IMG/VR virus record: IMGVR_UViG_3300023179_000013
Span: 64,001-128,000 of that record
Strand: one strand, 5' to 3'
DNA: 64,000 nt
From: a virus
Part shown: positions 26,687-36,460 of the stretch, in pieces
Position numbering within the stretch: the stretch's first letter is position 1
How the letters are laid out: every line of letters begins with the position of its first letter
Notes under the pieces: generated by a model
Database searches by the model: none
Told to the model about the DNA's origin: nothing
Seen by the model: only the letters and a program-made list of their open reading frames with translations
Position numbers and translations under genes: made by a program

Positions 26687-27028
26687 ATGCCAATTATTGA
26701 TCAATTATCAAACAGCACTTTAAGCTTACAAGGCAATGGATTTAATCCACAACAACAGCAAGCTGGTTGGGGTTATATTGACGCTTCAGCTAATCTAGAT
26801 CCAGATGCTAGTAAATTACAAAACACATATTCTGTTAATTCTATCCCACAAGTTAGATTAAAAGACTTTAACAGAAATGGTAATACTACAGTTAAACCTG
26901 AATCCCAATTAGATGAATTAGATAATAGGGCTCCAAATATGCAACCTATTGGAGTAGTATCTCAAATCTATAAATCTAAACAAGGTCGTCAATATAAGCA
27001 ATTAGGCCCAAGAGACGGACGCTATTAA
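26687..27028 (+). CDS. Hypothetical virion protein
   Basis: Preceded by ATATTTATA; lies in the tail module. Confidence 0.6.
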   Translation: MPIIDQLSNSTLSLQGNGFNPQQQQAGWGYIDASANLDPDASKLQNTYSVNSIPQVRLKDFNRNGNTTVKPESQLDELDNRAPNMQPIGVVSQIYKSKQGRQYKQLGPRDGRY

Positions 27029-27036
27029 TTATATAA

Positions 27037-29298
27037 ATGCCTTTAATAGACTTACAAACAAACTTAAAGTCACTTAAGTATGGTTCTGACCGCCAAGGCG
27101 GAGGCGATAGTGGTCTGCCTTATATAAAAACAGATATTAATACTGTTGATAGACCATTTAATAGATTACGTTTAACTAAATTTGATGATGGATTAGTTAG
27201 AGGTGGATTCATTGGAGCGCTTAATGCCTCTGTAGTAGATACTTTACGTATAGGTAAATTTCTAACTGATTTTCCAAAAGGTCCCTTATTCATAACTAAA
27301 CAAGTTGGTCTACAATTATCAAATCCTAAATTAGAATCTAAAAAAGGTGCAACTAATTTCTTTGCTAAAGAACCAACTCGTATCTATAATTTAGGGATTA
27401 ATACAATAGCTCAAATACCAGTTAATGCTTTTGGTGGCCACTTTAATAGACATGGCATATTACCTGTACAGACAGATGACACCAAATATCTTAGTGTTGT
27501 TCAATTTAATAATGAAAATAACGACAATAGATTATTAAAGTTAACTGATAAATTCAAATTAGGAGACCCAAAAGGAACTGTTAATATAAACAGTGGTGTA
27601 AATAAAGTCAGAAACTTTTTTGGTAATTTAGCTACTACTTTTGGAGTAAATATTCGTGGACTAAAACCAGAACAATTAGTTATAGATGAATATAAAGGAG
27701 GACCTAGCTCTGTTTATGGTATTTTAGGAAGTACTACTATTAATAGAACACTCCAAATTACCAATGACTCAAAGAAAATATCTGATTCTAAAACATGGAG
27801 TTCAAATTATGCTGGCAAAACCAGAAGTGATGAAGGAAATGGAGAATCAGTTAAGATTAAGGAAACAACAGATTATGGTTTATCTAATTTAACGGGTTCT
27901 ATTTTTAGTTCTAAGCCTTTTGAATTATTTAATAAAATACCTAACCCTAATACTTCTTTTTTAACATATGTTGCTAAAACTGCTGATACTGGATCTGAAA
28001 ATAAATCTCGCTTAAAAGCAGAACAAAACATATTTTATTATGGAGCTCTAGGAGTATCTAAACAATACTTTAAATCAGGAAGTGAAGCTAATCAAAATAT
28101 TGGTATTTATCCTAATACCCAAAACATAACTATTCCAAATGGTTTTGATTCAACTAGAGATGCTTTAATTGGTAGTGAAGTAGAAACAAATGTTCCTCCT
28201 ACTACTGAAATCAAATTAGGAAACATCAATAAAAGCTATCAGGCGTATAAAAAAATTATTGATTCTAGACAATTAAGAGGAGCGGGTGATATAGATAAAG
28301 TAGGAGGACAGATAGCTAATGAATTTGGATTATATGACCAAAGATCAGGAGAAAAATATGTAGGAGACGCAAATCCTATAAATGGTATTTTACCTTCCGC
28401 TACTTCATACCCATTATATGAAAATGGATATGGAGAAGTAGTAAGAATAAACATACCGTGGAATAAAGTTGCTCGTGAATTAAGAGTAGGAAGTGGCAGA
28501 CAAGATTTAATTAATTTAACTCCAATGTTTGATGAAAACAAATATTTTGGAGCAGATATATCTCCTCTTGGGGGAAGAATAAGAGATTTAGTACGTTTTA
28601 GAATACAAGCCGTAAATACTGACAGTCCAGATAATGGAACTTGGATGGTATTTAGAGCATATATAACGGATCTATCTGATGATACAAATGCAGAATGGAA
28701 TGATGTAAAATATGCTGGTAGAGGAGATAAATTTTTCATATATAATGGATTTACCCGTAAAATAAGTGTTAGTTTTAAAATAGCAGCATTGTCAGAAGAG
28801 GAAATGAAATATATATATCAAAAACTAAACTTCTTAATGGGCCAAGCAATGCCTGATTATAGCGGAGTATTAATGAGAGGACCACTTGTAAGAATGTCTA
28901 TAGGAAGCTGGATAGATAGCCAATTAGGAATTATCAATTCAGTAGCATTTAAGGTTCCTCAAGATTCACCTTGGGAAATATCAGTAGATGAAACAGAAGG
29001 AGGAGTAGGTCGATTAATATTGCCTCATATAGTAGAAGTAACATTATCCTTTACTCCTATTGGTTCTGAAACTAGAGGTGAAAATCTTATTACTAAAAAA
29101 TCTACTACTACATCTCATATTGCTCAAAATAATACTGGAGCTGATGTATCAACATTACAATATATAACAGCTCAGGATGAAGAAGATGTTACTGATGCTG
29201 GTGATGAATTAATAACAAATGAGGATTTAAGTAATAGACTTACAGCTAGAAGATTACGAGCTAAAAATTTACGTAACGCCAATAACAAGAAAAAGTAA
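27037..29298 (+). CDS. Baseplate/tube-initiator-like protein
   Basis: C-terminal FRAYITDLSD...W....YAGRG...Y.GFTRKISVSF region resembles tube-initiator domains. Confidence 0.6.
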   Translation: MPLIDLQTNLKSLKYGSDRQGGGDSGLPYIKTDINTVDRPFNRLRLTKFDDGLVRGGFIGALNASVVDTLRIGKFLTDFPKGPLFITKQVGLQLSNPKLESKKGATNFFAKEPTRIYNLGINTIAQIPVNAFGGHFNRHGILPVQTDDTKYLSVVQFNNENNDNRLLKLTDKFKLGDPKGTVNINSGVNKVRNFFGNLATTFGVNIRGLKPEQLVIDEYKGGPSSVYGILGSTTINRTLQITNDSKKISDSKTWSSNYAGKTRSDEGNGESVKIKETTDYGLSNLTGSIFSSKPFELFNKIPNPNTSFLTYVAKTADTGSENKSRLKAEQNIFYYGALGVSKQYFKSGSEANQNIGIYPNTQNITIPNGFDSTRDALIGSEVETNVPPTTEIKLGNINKSYQAYKKIIDSRQLRGAGDIDKVGGQIANEFGLYDQRSGEKYVGDANPINGILPSATSYPLYENGYGEVVRINIPWNKVARELRVGSGRQDLINLTPMFDENKYFGADISPLGGRIRDLVRFRIQAVNTDSPDNGTWMVFRAYITDLSDDTNAEWNDVKYAGRGDKFFIYNGFTRKISVSFKIAALSEEEMKYIYQKLNFLMGQAMPDYSGVLMRGPLVRMSIGSWIDSQLGIINSVAFKVPQDSPWEISVDETEGGVGRLILPHIVEVTLSFTPIGSETRGENLITKKSTTTSHIAQNNTGADVSTLQYITAQDEEDVTDAGDELITNEDLSNRLTARRLRAKNLRNANNKKK

Positions 29299-29300
29299 AC

Positions 29301-29609
29301 ATGGCTACTAGATACGATAGTAAAACTACATTAGTTACCCCACAAGGTAAGCCTTACTATAAAAGTAAACAATATCCTAATATTCCTTTATCTGAGGATG
29401 ATGTTTATGTAATAACTAATATAGGAGATAGACTTGATCTTTTAGCTTATTCTTATTATGGTGATGTAGAAATGTGGTGGGTAATATCAGCCGCTAATAA
29501 CAATGTAACTAAAGGTTCTATGTTTCCTATCCCAGGTACTCAATTAAGGATACCAACAAATTTAGGTAATGTTTTAAATCTATTTGATCAATTTAATAAA
29601 GCTAGATAA
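29301..29609 (+). CDS. Baseplate wedge LysM-like protein (gp53/tail X-like)
   Basis: GDRLDLLAYSYYGD..MWWVI..AN...GTQLRIP. Confidence 0.85.
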   Translation: MATRYDSKTTLVTPQGKPYYKSKQYPNIPLSEDDVYVITNIGDRLDLLAYSYYGDVEMWWVISAANNNVTKGSMFPIPGTQLRIPTNLGNVLNLFDQFNKAR

Positions 29610-29613
29610 TGTT

Positions 29614-32600
29614 ATGTCAATATTTAAAGATTCATTCAATCTATCCATTCAAGACCAGATTAGTCTTCGTCAAAAGGCGTTAACTAATCGTACCTCTAAA
29701 AATCTTACTTATTACAATTCACGCAATGCTTGGATAAGGTTATCTTCTAGTGTGAATATATATAAAGGAAGTGGTGATATTGAAGATGAAAATAATTATA
29801 CAAACGATTTAGCAAAAAAATATATTCTACAAGGAGGAATATTAAATGAATCTATAAGTGGTGAAGGACAACTGCGTGAAGGAATAGGTGATTTTTCTAA
29901 AGCATATAGTACAAATACTTCTGATGGAAGATTTTATCGTTTAGGTATTCGCCCAATGCCTGGTATTATTGATGTTGACATTAAATCAAAAGGAGCATAT
30001 GGCTCCTTAAGAGAAGCAACAATTAAATTCCAGTGTTGGGATATTAAACAATTAGAAGATTTAGAGTTACTCTATATGCGCCCTGGATATAGTTTATTAT
30101 TAGAATGGGGATGGTCTCCATATCTAGATAATAAAGAGGGATTAAACACCACAGTACAGTACGGCGATATTATAAATAGTAAACCAACAAAAGAATTATT
30201 ATTTAAACAACAATACGCTAAAGCTACAGACGGAAAGTATAAAGAAGATGGAAAAGTTGTTGAAATAAAAGGATATGAAGGTAATTATGATTCAATGTAT
30301 GGTTTTATTAAAAACTACAGTTGGAAAGCTAGACCAGATGGAGGATATGATTGCCAAACTAATATTATATCAATGGGGGAAATTATTGAATCTTTAAAAG
30401 TAAACTACTCTCCTTTTGATAATATAAGTAAAATTACATCAGTAGGATTATTATCTCCCAATTTACAATTACCTGGTGAAGTTGTACCTGATATATCAAA
30501 AATGAACCTATCCAGCTCTTATGCTCAAAATATATTAGCTGGTCTTTTTGAAGAAATGTATAAGGTTACAAGACAAATTGGAAGTGAAACTAGTGATGTT
30601 GGTGAGCATTTTCTTTTGTATGACAAACAATATAAAAATTATTATGATGTTTTTCATAAAACAATTAATATAAGATCATCAGCAGAAGACCAAACTGGAG
30701 GGGAAGACATAGGTAAAAACGATGAACAAATATATGTAACTTTAGAAGGATTAACAAGATTAATTAATAACTATGTTTTATTAAAAGATCAAAAAGCTGA
30801 TTTACCTTTTGCTGGTTTATCCGTATTTGAAGGTGATGCTGCTGATTCTAATGCAATCACTGGAAAAGGGTATTTGTTAGGTTTAGCTCATCCTCTTCAA
30901 TTATCTATAGATCCTACTGTTTGTTTAATAAAAAACAAATTATGGTCAGGAGGAATAAAATTTAATGCCCAACCTAATGTCCCTCCTGATACAGGAAGTG
31001 TTGTATTAAAATATGGAAACGGAAACTACGACCCTTCAACTCCAGATGGAGAAAAATTTTGGACTGATTTAGTAACAAAACTTATAGCAGCTGATGGTTC
31101 AGATGATGAAAAAATAAATAATGATCTTATACAATATGTTCAAAAACATGTTGGAAGAGAACCCAATGCTGCTATTGAAGAACTTAAAGAAATCCAAAGA
31201 AATTTTTTACTTATTCAAAATGGTACTGCTGTAGATAGCAAAAAACAACTATTTAATCCAATAGCAGATAAAAAGGGTCATAAGATATCGGAATATTATA
31301 GTTTTTATGATTTGTTAGATGAAGGACTAAATGAAGAACAAATAAACAAAGCTCTTACTTTTAACAATGGAAATGAAAGTGTAAATTACAGTAATTTACA
31401 AGAGCGTGCTAAGGCTGCTGTACAGGCACAAAAAATAGTCGATGCTGCTACTCAAAATCCAGAAGACATTGCTAATCAACAAATAGCAGAGGTTAAAAAA
31501 GATCTTGATGAAAAACAAGAAAGTCTTGAAAATCTTGCTTTTTTAGATAATTTAAAACGTCCATATTTTATTGATGATGGAGATTATAAAAAAGAATTAG
31601 GCATTATAGGTAACATATATGTTAATTTAGGTATGCTATATAACATGTGTGCTAGTTCTGATTTAGCTGCTCAAGACACAAAGGAAAAGAATGATATTGC
31701 TTTGTATGATTTTATGAAAAATGTTTTGAAAAAAATATCAACAGCTATTGGAGAAGTAAATAATTTTGAATTGTTTATAGACCCTAATACTAATCTTGCC
31801 AAGATTATAGATATCAACTATGTTGATAGAAATAATCCAAACACAGCATATAAAAATGCTTTTGAAATACAAGTTCAAAATACTAATTCTATTGTAAGAT
31901 CATATAATCTTGAATCCCAAATATTCCAGGACCAATCTACTATGATAGCAATTGGTGCCCAAGCTGGGGGAGGAGCATTAGCTGCTGATACTACAACATT
32001 AACCGCATATAATAAAAGAATTATAGATAGAATTATACCTAAAAAAACAGCCCCTTCTTCATCTAATAATAATGCACAAACCAAATTTAAAGAACTTTTT
32101 TCAGCATTAGATATTTTATTTACTTTTATAAATAGATTAAAATGGAATGATGATAAAGACTCTAATTTTGATTTAGATGAGAATAACAAATATAAAAATG
32201 CGTTAAAGGATATTATTAATTATTTTAAAACTATAGGTAAATCCAAAACTAAAAGTAAAGCAATTATTCCTACTAAATTAAGTTTAACAATGGATGGTAT
32301 AGGAGGAATAATAATTGGAAATATATTTAAAATACCAGATGAGGTATTACCTAGAGGGTATAAGGGAGGGGATGTTGGTGCCAGACTAGGGTATATAGTT
32401 ACAGAAATAGGTCATTCTATAAGCAATAATGATTGGACAACAAATCTAACTGCCCAAACTATTATATTAGAAGAAGATAATACTGGAATTAAAATTGACT
32501 ATGAAAATATAACTATTGCTCTACCAGTATATAAAGAAGTTACTTCTCCTGCTGAATCTAGCGGAACTGGAGGGACAGCTGAGACCAAATCTACCACTCC

Positions 32601-33219
32601 AACTCCAAGTGGTGTAGGAAACGGCTGCAAAGCTGTAGCACCAGATGTTTCTTCAATTAAAGATAGTGAATTAGATATTATTAAAGGATCATTTACCACC
32701 AACACAGGAACAGTAAATGAATTAGCAGTAGTAGATGGAAAACCAGTAGGAAAAGATGTAGCTAAAGCTATTATATTAATGAAAAGAGCGGCTGCTAAGG
32801 ATGGAGTTGATTTAAGAGTAAATAGTGGGTTCAGATCACCTTACACTACTATTGGTCCTAATGGTCCAATACAATCAACAAAAGGAACTTCAGTTTCTTC
32901 TACTTCTCAAGATACTTTATATAGTGCTTACCTTAAAAACGGTAAACCATTAACAGCTAAACCTGGAACATCTAATCATGGTAATGCTTTTGCATTTGAT
33001 CTAAATACAGGCTCAGTAACAGGAACTATTAAGTCTCCACTTAATAAAAAAGTATATCAGTGGTTAATAGATAATGCTCACAAGTACGGATTTGTAAGAT
33101 GGGTAGCAAAAGAAGAATGGCATTGGGAATATAGACCAGGCGAATACCAATATAATCAAAGAGTTCCAAGAGATAATAAATTATATGCTGGTATGAAAAC
33201 AGATAGCCCTTGTGGGTAA
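29614..33219 (+). CDS. Baseplate hub protein with a C-terminal M15 (VanY-like) peptidase domain
   Basis: N-terminal RPMPGI...YMRPGYSLLLEWGW; C-terminal SGFRS...PGTSNHG..AFDL...WL..NAHKYGF...EEWHWEY; start moved to the ATG at 29614. Confidence 0.75.
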   Translation: MSIFKDSFNLSIQDQISLRQKALTNRTSKNLTYYNSRNAWIRLSSSVNIYKGSGDIEDENNYTNDLAKKYILQGGILNESISGEGQLREGIGDFSKAYSTNTSDGRFYRLGIRPMPGIIDVDIKSKGAYGSLREATIKFQCWDIKQLEDLELLYMRPGYSLLLEWGWSPYLDNKEGLNTTVQYGDIINSKPTKELLFKQQYAKATDGKYKEDGKVVEIKGYEGNYDSMYGFIKNYSWKARPDGGYDCQTNIISMGEIIESLKVNYSPFDNISKITSVGLLSPNLQLPGEVVPDISKMNLSSSYAQNILAGLFEEMYKVTRQIGSETSDVGEHFLLYDKQYKNYYDVFHKTINIRSSAEDQTGGEDIGKNDEQIYVTLEGLTRLINNYVLLKDQKADLPFAGLSVFEGDAADSNAITGKGYLLGLAHPLQLSIDPTVCLIKNKLWSGGIKFNAQPNVPPDTGSVVLKYGNGNYDPSTPDGEKFWTDLVTKLIAADGSDDEKINNDLIQYVQKHVGREPNAAIEELKEIQRNFLLIQNGTAVDSKKQLFNPIADKKGHKISEYYSFYDLLDEGLNEEQINKALTFNNGNESVNYSNLQERAKAAVQAQKIVDAATQNPEDIANQQIAEVKKDLDEKQESLENLAFLDNLKRPYFIDDGDYKKELGIIGNIYVNLGMLYNMCASSDLAAQDTKEKNDIALYDFMKNVLKKISTAIGEVNNFELFIDPNTNLAKIIDINYVDRNNPNTAYKNAFEIQVQNTNSIVRSYNLESQIFQDQSTMIAIGAQAGGGALAADTTTLTAYNKRIIDRIIPKKTAPSSSNNNAQTKFKELFSALDILFTFINRLKWNDDKDSNFDLDENNKYKNALKDIINYFKTIGKSKTKSKAIIPTKLSLTMDGIGGIIIGNIFKIPDEVLPRGYKGGDVGARLGYIVTEIGHSISNNDWTTNLTAQTIILEEDNTGIKIDYENITIALPVYKEVTSPAESSGTGGTAETKSTTPTPSGVGNGCKAVAPDVSSIKDSELDIIKGSFTTNTGTVNELAVVDGKPVGKDVAKAIILMKRAAAKDGVDLRVNSGFRSPYTTIGPNGPIQSTKGTSVSSTSQDTLYSAYLKNGKPLTAKPGTSNHGNAFAFDLNTGSVTGTIKSPLNKKVYQWLIDNAHKYGFVRWVAKEEWHWEYRPGEYQYNQRVPRDNKLYAGMKTDSPCG

Positions 33220-33233
33220 TAAAATAAAACATT

Positions 33234-33773
33234 ATGGGATTTAGAGTACCAAAAAATCAAATCATTAAAAGCAAATATACCTCTGGTAAAGAGTATATGT
33301 TTGTTAGTACATATAGAGAATATCAAGGGTATTATTATGAAAGTAGTGGCAAATTATACGCCGGGGAAACATATGATTCAGCAGCGCCTGAATTAATAAG
33401 AATAAATTCAAATAATGTTAATCGTTTATTAACTAATCCTTTTACTTATGTTTATGGAAAAGTAGCTAAGAATAATACAATTAAATTTACCTCTCCAACA
33501 TTAGTCCCTTCAGTTGTTTTTAATCCAAACAACCAAACAACTCCATTTACTAATAGATATTTTACTAATAAAGTAAATGTTTCTCCTATTATTATTAAAG
33601 AAATAAGTAAAAGTACTTATGATAAGATTGTAACCGACCCTATATACAACACTGTAATGATAAAATGGAATAATGAAGGAAATAATGATATTGCTATAGC
33701 GGAAGCAGAAAAGAAAATGCCTGGAATAACTGCCTTTTTAAAAGAAGAAACAGGCGATTCTTTTGAAGGCTAA
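33234..33773 (+). CDS. Hypothetical protein (end of the tail module)
   Basis: 179-aa ORF; YTSGKEY...YQGYY. Confidence 0.65.
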   Translation: MGFRVPKNQIIKSKYTSGKEYMFVSTYREYQGYYYESSGKLYAGETYDSAAPELIRINSNNVNRLLTNPFTYVYGKVAKNNTIKFTSPTLVPSVVFNPNNQTTPFTNRYFTNKVNVSPIIIKEISKSTYDKIVTDPIYNTVMIKWNNEGNNDIAIAEAEKKMPGITAFLKEETGDSFEG

Positions 33774-33792
33774 ATTTTCTAACTTATATTTA
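33762..33792 (+). promoter_or_regulatory. Bacteroidota sigma70-type promoter candidate (TTTG-N19-TATATTTA)
   Basis: Same architecture at 35547, 38556, 39964, 47393, 50832, 53675, 55278 and 58069 (spacer 19-21); resembles the Bacteroidota -33 TTTG / -7 TAnnTTTG consensus. Confidence 0.65.
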
Positions 33793-33811
33793 AAGATAAA
33801 GGTTATGAAAT

Positions 33812-35116
33812 ATGTTTTATATAATAGAAAAACAAGATCAATTATCTAAACTAGGCCCGTTTGAAGATTGCTTCGTTAAATTCATCCCACACAACGACAA
33901 TTTCCATCCTAAACTTAGTCCGCTTAGCTTAATATACATTAGATCATTAAATGATCATAAGGGTTATATTTTGTGCTTAGACCACAATGAGTCATTTTCA
34001 TTAGATAAACAATCAGTTATTGATTGGCTTAATACTAACACAAACAAATTATGGGTGTTAGATAAGAAGGAAGCAATGTGTTGGTTTCCCAATGCTGATA
34101 AATTATATGATATTAATTTTATCGAACAACCCAACCTAACAGAAGCACTAAATATACCAGCTATTACGTTTTACTATAGCAAACACACTAATTATCCAAC
34201 TGTAAATCGACTGATTCCTATTAGTAAACACTACGAAGAATGCGAGAACGTGTTTGATGTAGTACTACCTATAATCCAAAAATACCGAGCAAATAACGTT
34301 GCTTATGCGTTTAATAACGGCCCACTTACGCGCGTGTTTCACGAGATTGAATCGCAAGGTATTAAAGTAGATAAGCAATGTTTTATCGATTGCTACGGCA
34401 ATGATTTAAAATACCCTGAATTTAATTTGGCTAAAGGTAAAATATATAGCCAATACAACTTATATACTACTACAGGTCGTCCGTCCAACACCTATAACAG
34501 CATTAATTTTGCTGCACTGAATAAAAACAATGGTGAGCGAATGTGCTATAGACCACAAAATACCAAATTTATTGAATTTGATATTCAGGGATATCACCCA
34601 CGATTAATTGGTGAAATGATTGACTTTAATTTCCCAAGTGATAGAAATTCATATGAATATTTAGGTGAATTATTAGGTGTAAGCCAACAAGAGGCCAAAG
34701 AATTGACATTCAAACAGTTGTATGGTGGTGTGTGGGCTGAATATAAAGACCAACCATTCTTTAGAGATGTAGCAAAATACGTTGATGAATTGTGGGATGA
34801 ATTTCAATACCAGGGGTATGTTAAAACACAAAATCGTTGCTTTAATCGCTCTGAATTACCAGATATGACGCCGGCTAAGTTGCTGAATTACGTCATCCAA
34901 AGCTGTGAGACATCAACAAACGTTATGTTAATTAATGCAATATTGAACATATTAAAAAATAAACAAACCAAATTAGTGTTGTACACTTATGATGCATTTC
35001 TATTTGATTGTGCTAAAGAAGATGGCAACGAATTATTAACCGAAATCCAAAACATTATATACTATCCCGTTAATATTAAACAGGGTAATACATATCATGG
35101 CTTGAAAAAAATCTAA
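33812..35116 (+). CDS. Small family-A DNA polymerase-like protein (divergent)
   Basis: TTGRPSN; motif A EFDIQGYHPR; motif B AKELTFKQLYG; LLNYVIQS; motif C YTYDAFLFD. Confidence 0.8.
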   Translation: MFYIIEKQDQLSKLGPFEDCFVKFIPHNDNFHPKLSPLSLIYIRSLNDHKGYILCLDHNESFSLDKQSVIDWLNTNTNKLWVLDKKEAMCWFPNADKLYDINFIEQPNLTEALNIPAITFYYSKHTNYPTVNRLIPISKHYEECENVFDVVLPIIQKYRANNVAYAFNNGPLTRVFHEIESQGIKVDKQCFIDCYGNDLKYPEFNLAKGKIYSQYNLYTTTGRPSNTYNSINFAALNKNNGERMCYRPQNTKFIEFDIQGYHPRLIGEMIDFNFPSDRNSYEYLGELLGVSQQEAKELTFKQLYGGVWAEYKDQPFFRDVAKYVDELWDEFQYQGYVKTQNRCFNRSELPDMTPAKLLNYVIQSCETSTNVMLINAILNILKNKQTKLVLYTYDAFLFDCAKEDGNELLTEIQNIIYYPVNIKQGNTYHGLKKI

Positions 35117-35121
35117 TATTT

Positions 35122-35544
35122 ATGGCGGCACAACTAAATGACTTTTTGGACTTGAACAAACTATTCTGCACCTTTACTTCTCCTGCGGACCTAGATGAAA
35201 CTGTAGCAACGATTAATCGCAAGTATGCAGTGTTATTTAACAAAATATTCATCCTTGAATCACCCCAAAGCGATGAATTAATGTGTACTTATAACATTGA
35301 TACAGGAAATATGGCTTCATCTCCAATGTCTAATACAATATTACTCCACCGCAAAAAGGAAAGTAACACATTATACACCATTAATGCACTTAACACATTA
35401 ATTATGTCATTGAATGGTGGTATATTAGATAAAAATTTCATTATTAATTGGCAGGACTATAAAAATAGCATATTATTAACCAATGGTCCGGATTTACGTA
35501 AATTAGATACGTCTATCCACAAGATTATTGATTTTAATAAGTAA
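35122..35544 (+). CDS. Hypothetical protein in the replication cluster
   Basis: 140-aa ORF between the PolA-like gene and SSB. Confidence 0.7.
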   Translation: MAAQLNDFLDLNKLFCTFTSPADLDETVATINRKYAVLFNKIFILESPQSDELMCTYNIDTGNMASSPMSNTILLHRKKESNTLYTINALNTLIMSLNGGILDKNFIINWQDYKNSILLTNGPDLRKLDTSIHKIIDFNK

Positions 35545-35622
35545 GTTTTGAAACCATAAAGAAGAATCATAGATTCAATTAATATTGTGTTCATAGAACA
35601 CCTCATTTAAAAACAACATAAC

Positions 35623-36447
35623 ATGGACTTAAGTCTCATCAAGCAGAAGTTGTCCGCTTCTCAAAACAAAGGACAAAAACGTGAAAAAGTCGATTACAGT
35701 AAGATCTTCTGGAAACCAAAACCAGGTAAGTATCAGATCCGAATTCTCCCCTCAAAGTTCGACAAATCAAATCCATTCCGCGAAGTTTATTTTCACTATG
35801 GTTTTTCTAAAGGACCAATCTTAGCATTGACTAATTGGAACGAGAAAGACCCTATTGCTGAATTCGCAAAAAATCTCCGCAAATCTGCTGACAAAGAAGA
35901 TTGGCAATTAGCTAAAAAAATTGAACCAAAACTTCGTTACTTCGTTCCAGTATTGGTACGTGGTGAAGAAGCTCAAGGCGCTCGCCTATGGGAATTTGGT
36001 AAATTAATTTATGAGCAATTGTTAGGTATCGCTGCAGACGAAGATTATGGTGATTTCACAGACATCACTGATGGACGTGACTTTACAATCGACGCTGTTG
36101 AAGATGTAGTTGCTGGTAGAAAAGGTATCAAATGTAACATTCGTGTTAAGCCTAAAACATCTCCTATCTCTGAAGATGCAACAGTAGTAACTAAAGCATT
36201 GGAAGAGCAACCAGACATTCTTACTATCAACAAACACTATTCATTTGATGAATTGAAAGATTTATTAGATAAATGGTTAAATCCTGATAGCGAAGAAGAT
36301 ACTGATGCTCCAATCGCATCTAAAGATGAAGAAGAGGAAGATGAATTTCTTGCTGAACTAAACAAGCCAGTAGAACAAACCTATAAGCTTGATACTAGTG
36401 CAACTAAGACATCTAACGCAGACAAATTCGACGATTTATTTAATTAA
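35623..36447 (+). CDS. Single-stranded DNA-binding protein (gp32-like)
   Basis: FWKP...IRILP, DPIAE, LWEFG, DITDGRDF; acidic tail ending FDDLFN. Confidence 0.85.
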   Translation: MDLSLIKQKLSASQNKGQKREKVDYSKIFWKPKPGKYQIRILPSKFDKSNPFREVYFHYGFSKGPILALTNWNEKDPIAEFAKNLRKSADKEDWQLAKKIEPKLRYFVPVLVRGEEAQGARLWEFGKLIYEQLLGIAADEDYGDFTDITDGRDFTIDAVEDVVAGRKGIKCNIRVKPKTSPISEDATVVTKALEEQPDILTINKHYSFDELKDLLDKWLNPDSEEDTDAPIASKDEEEEDEFLAELNKPVEQTYKLDTSATKTSNADKFDDLFN

Positions 36448-36460
36448 TTAAAACTGATTT

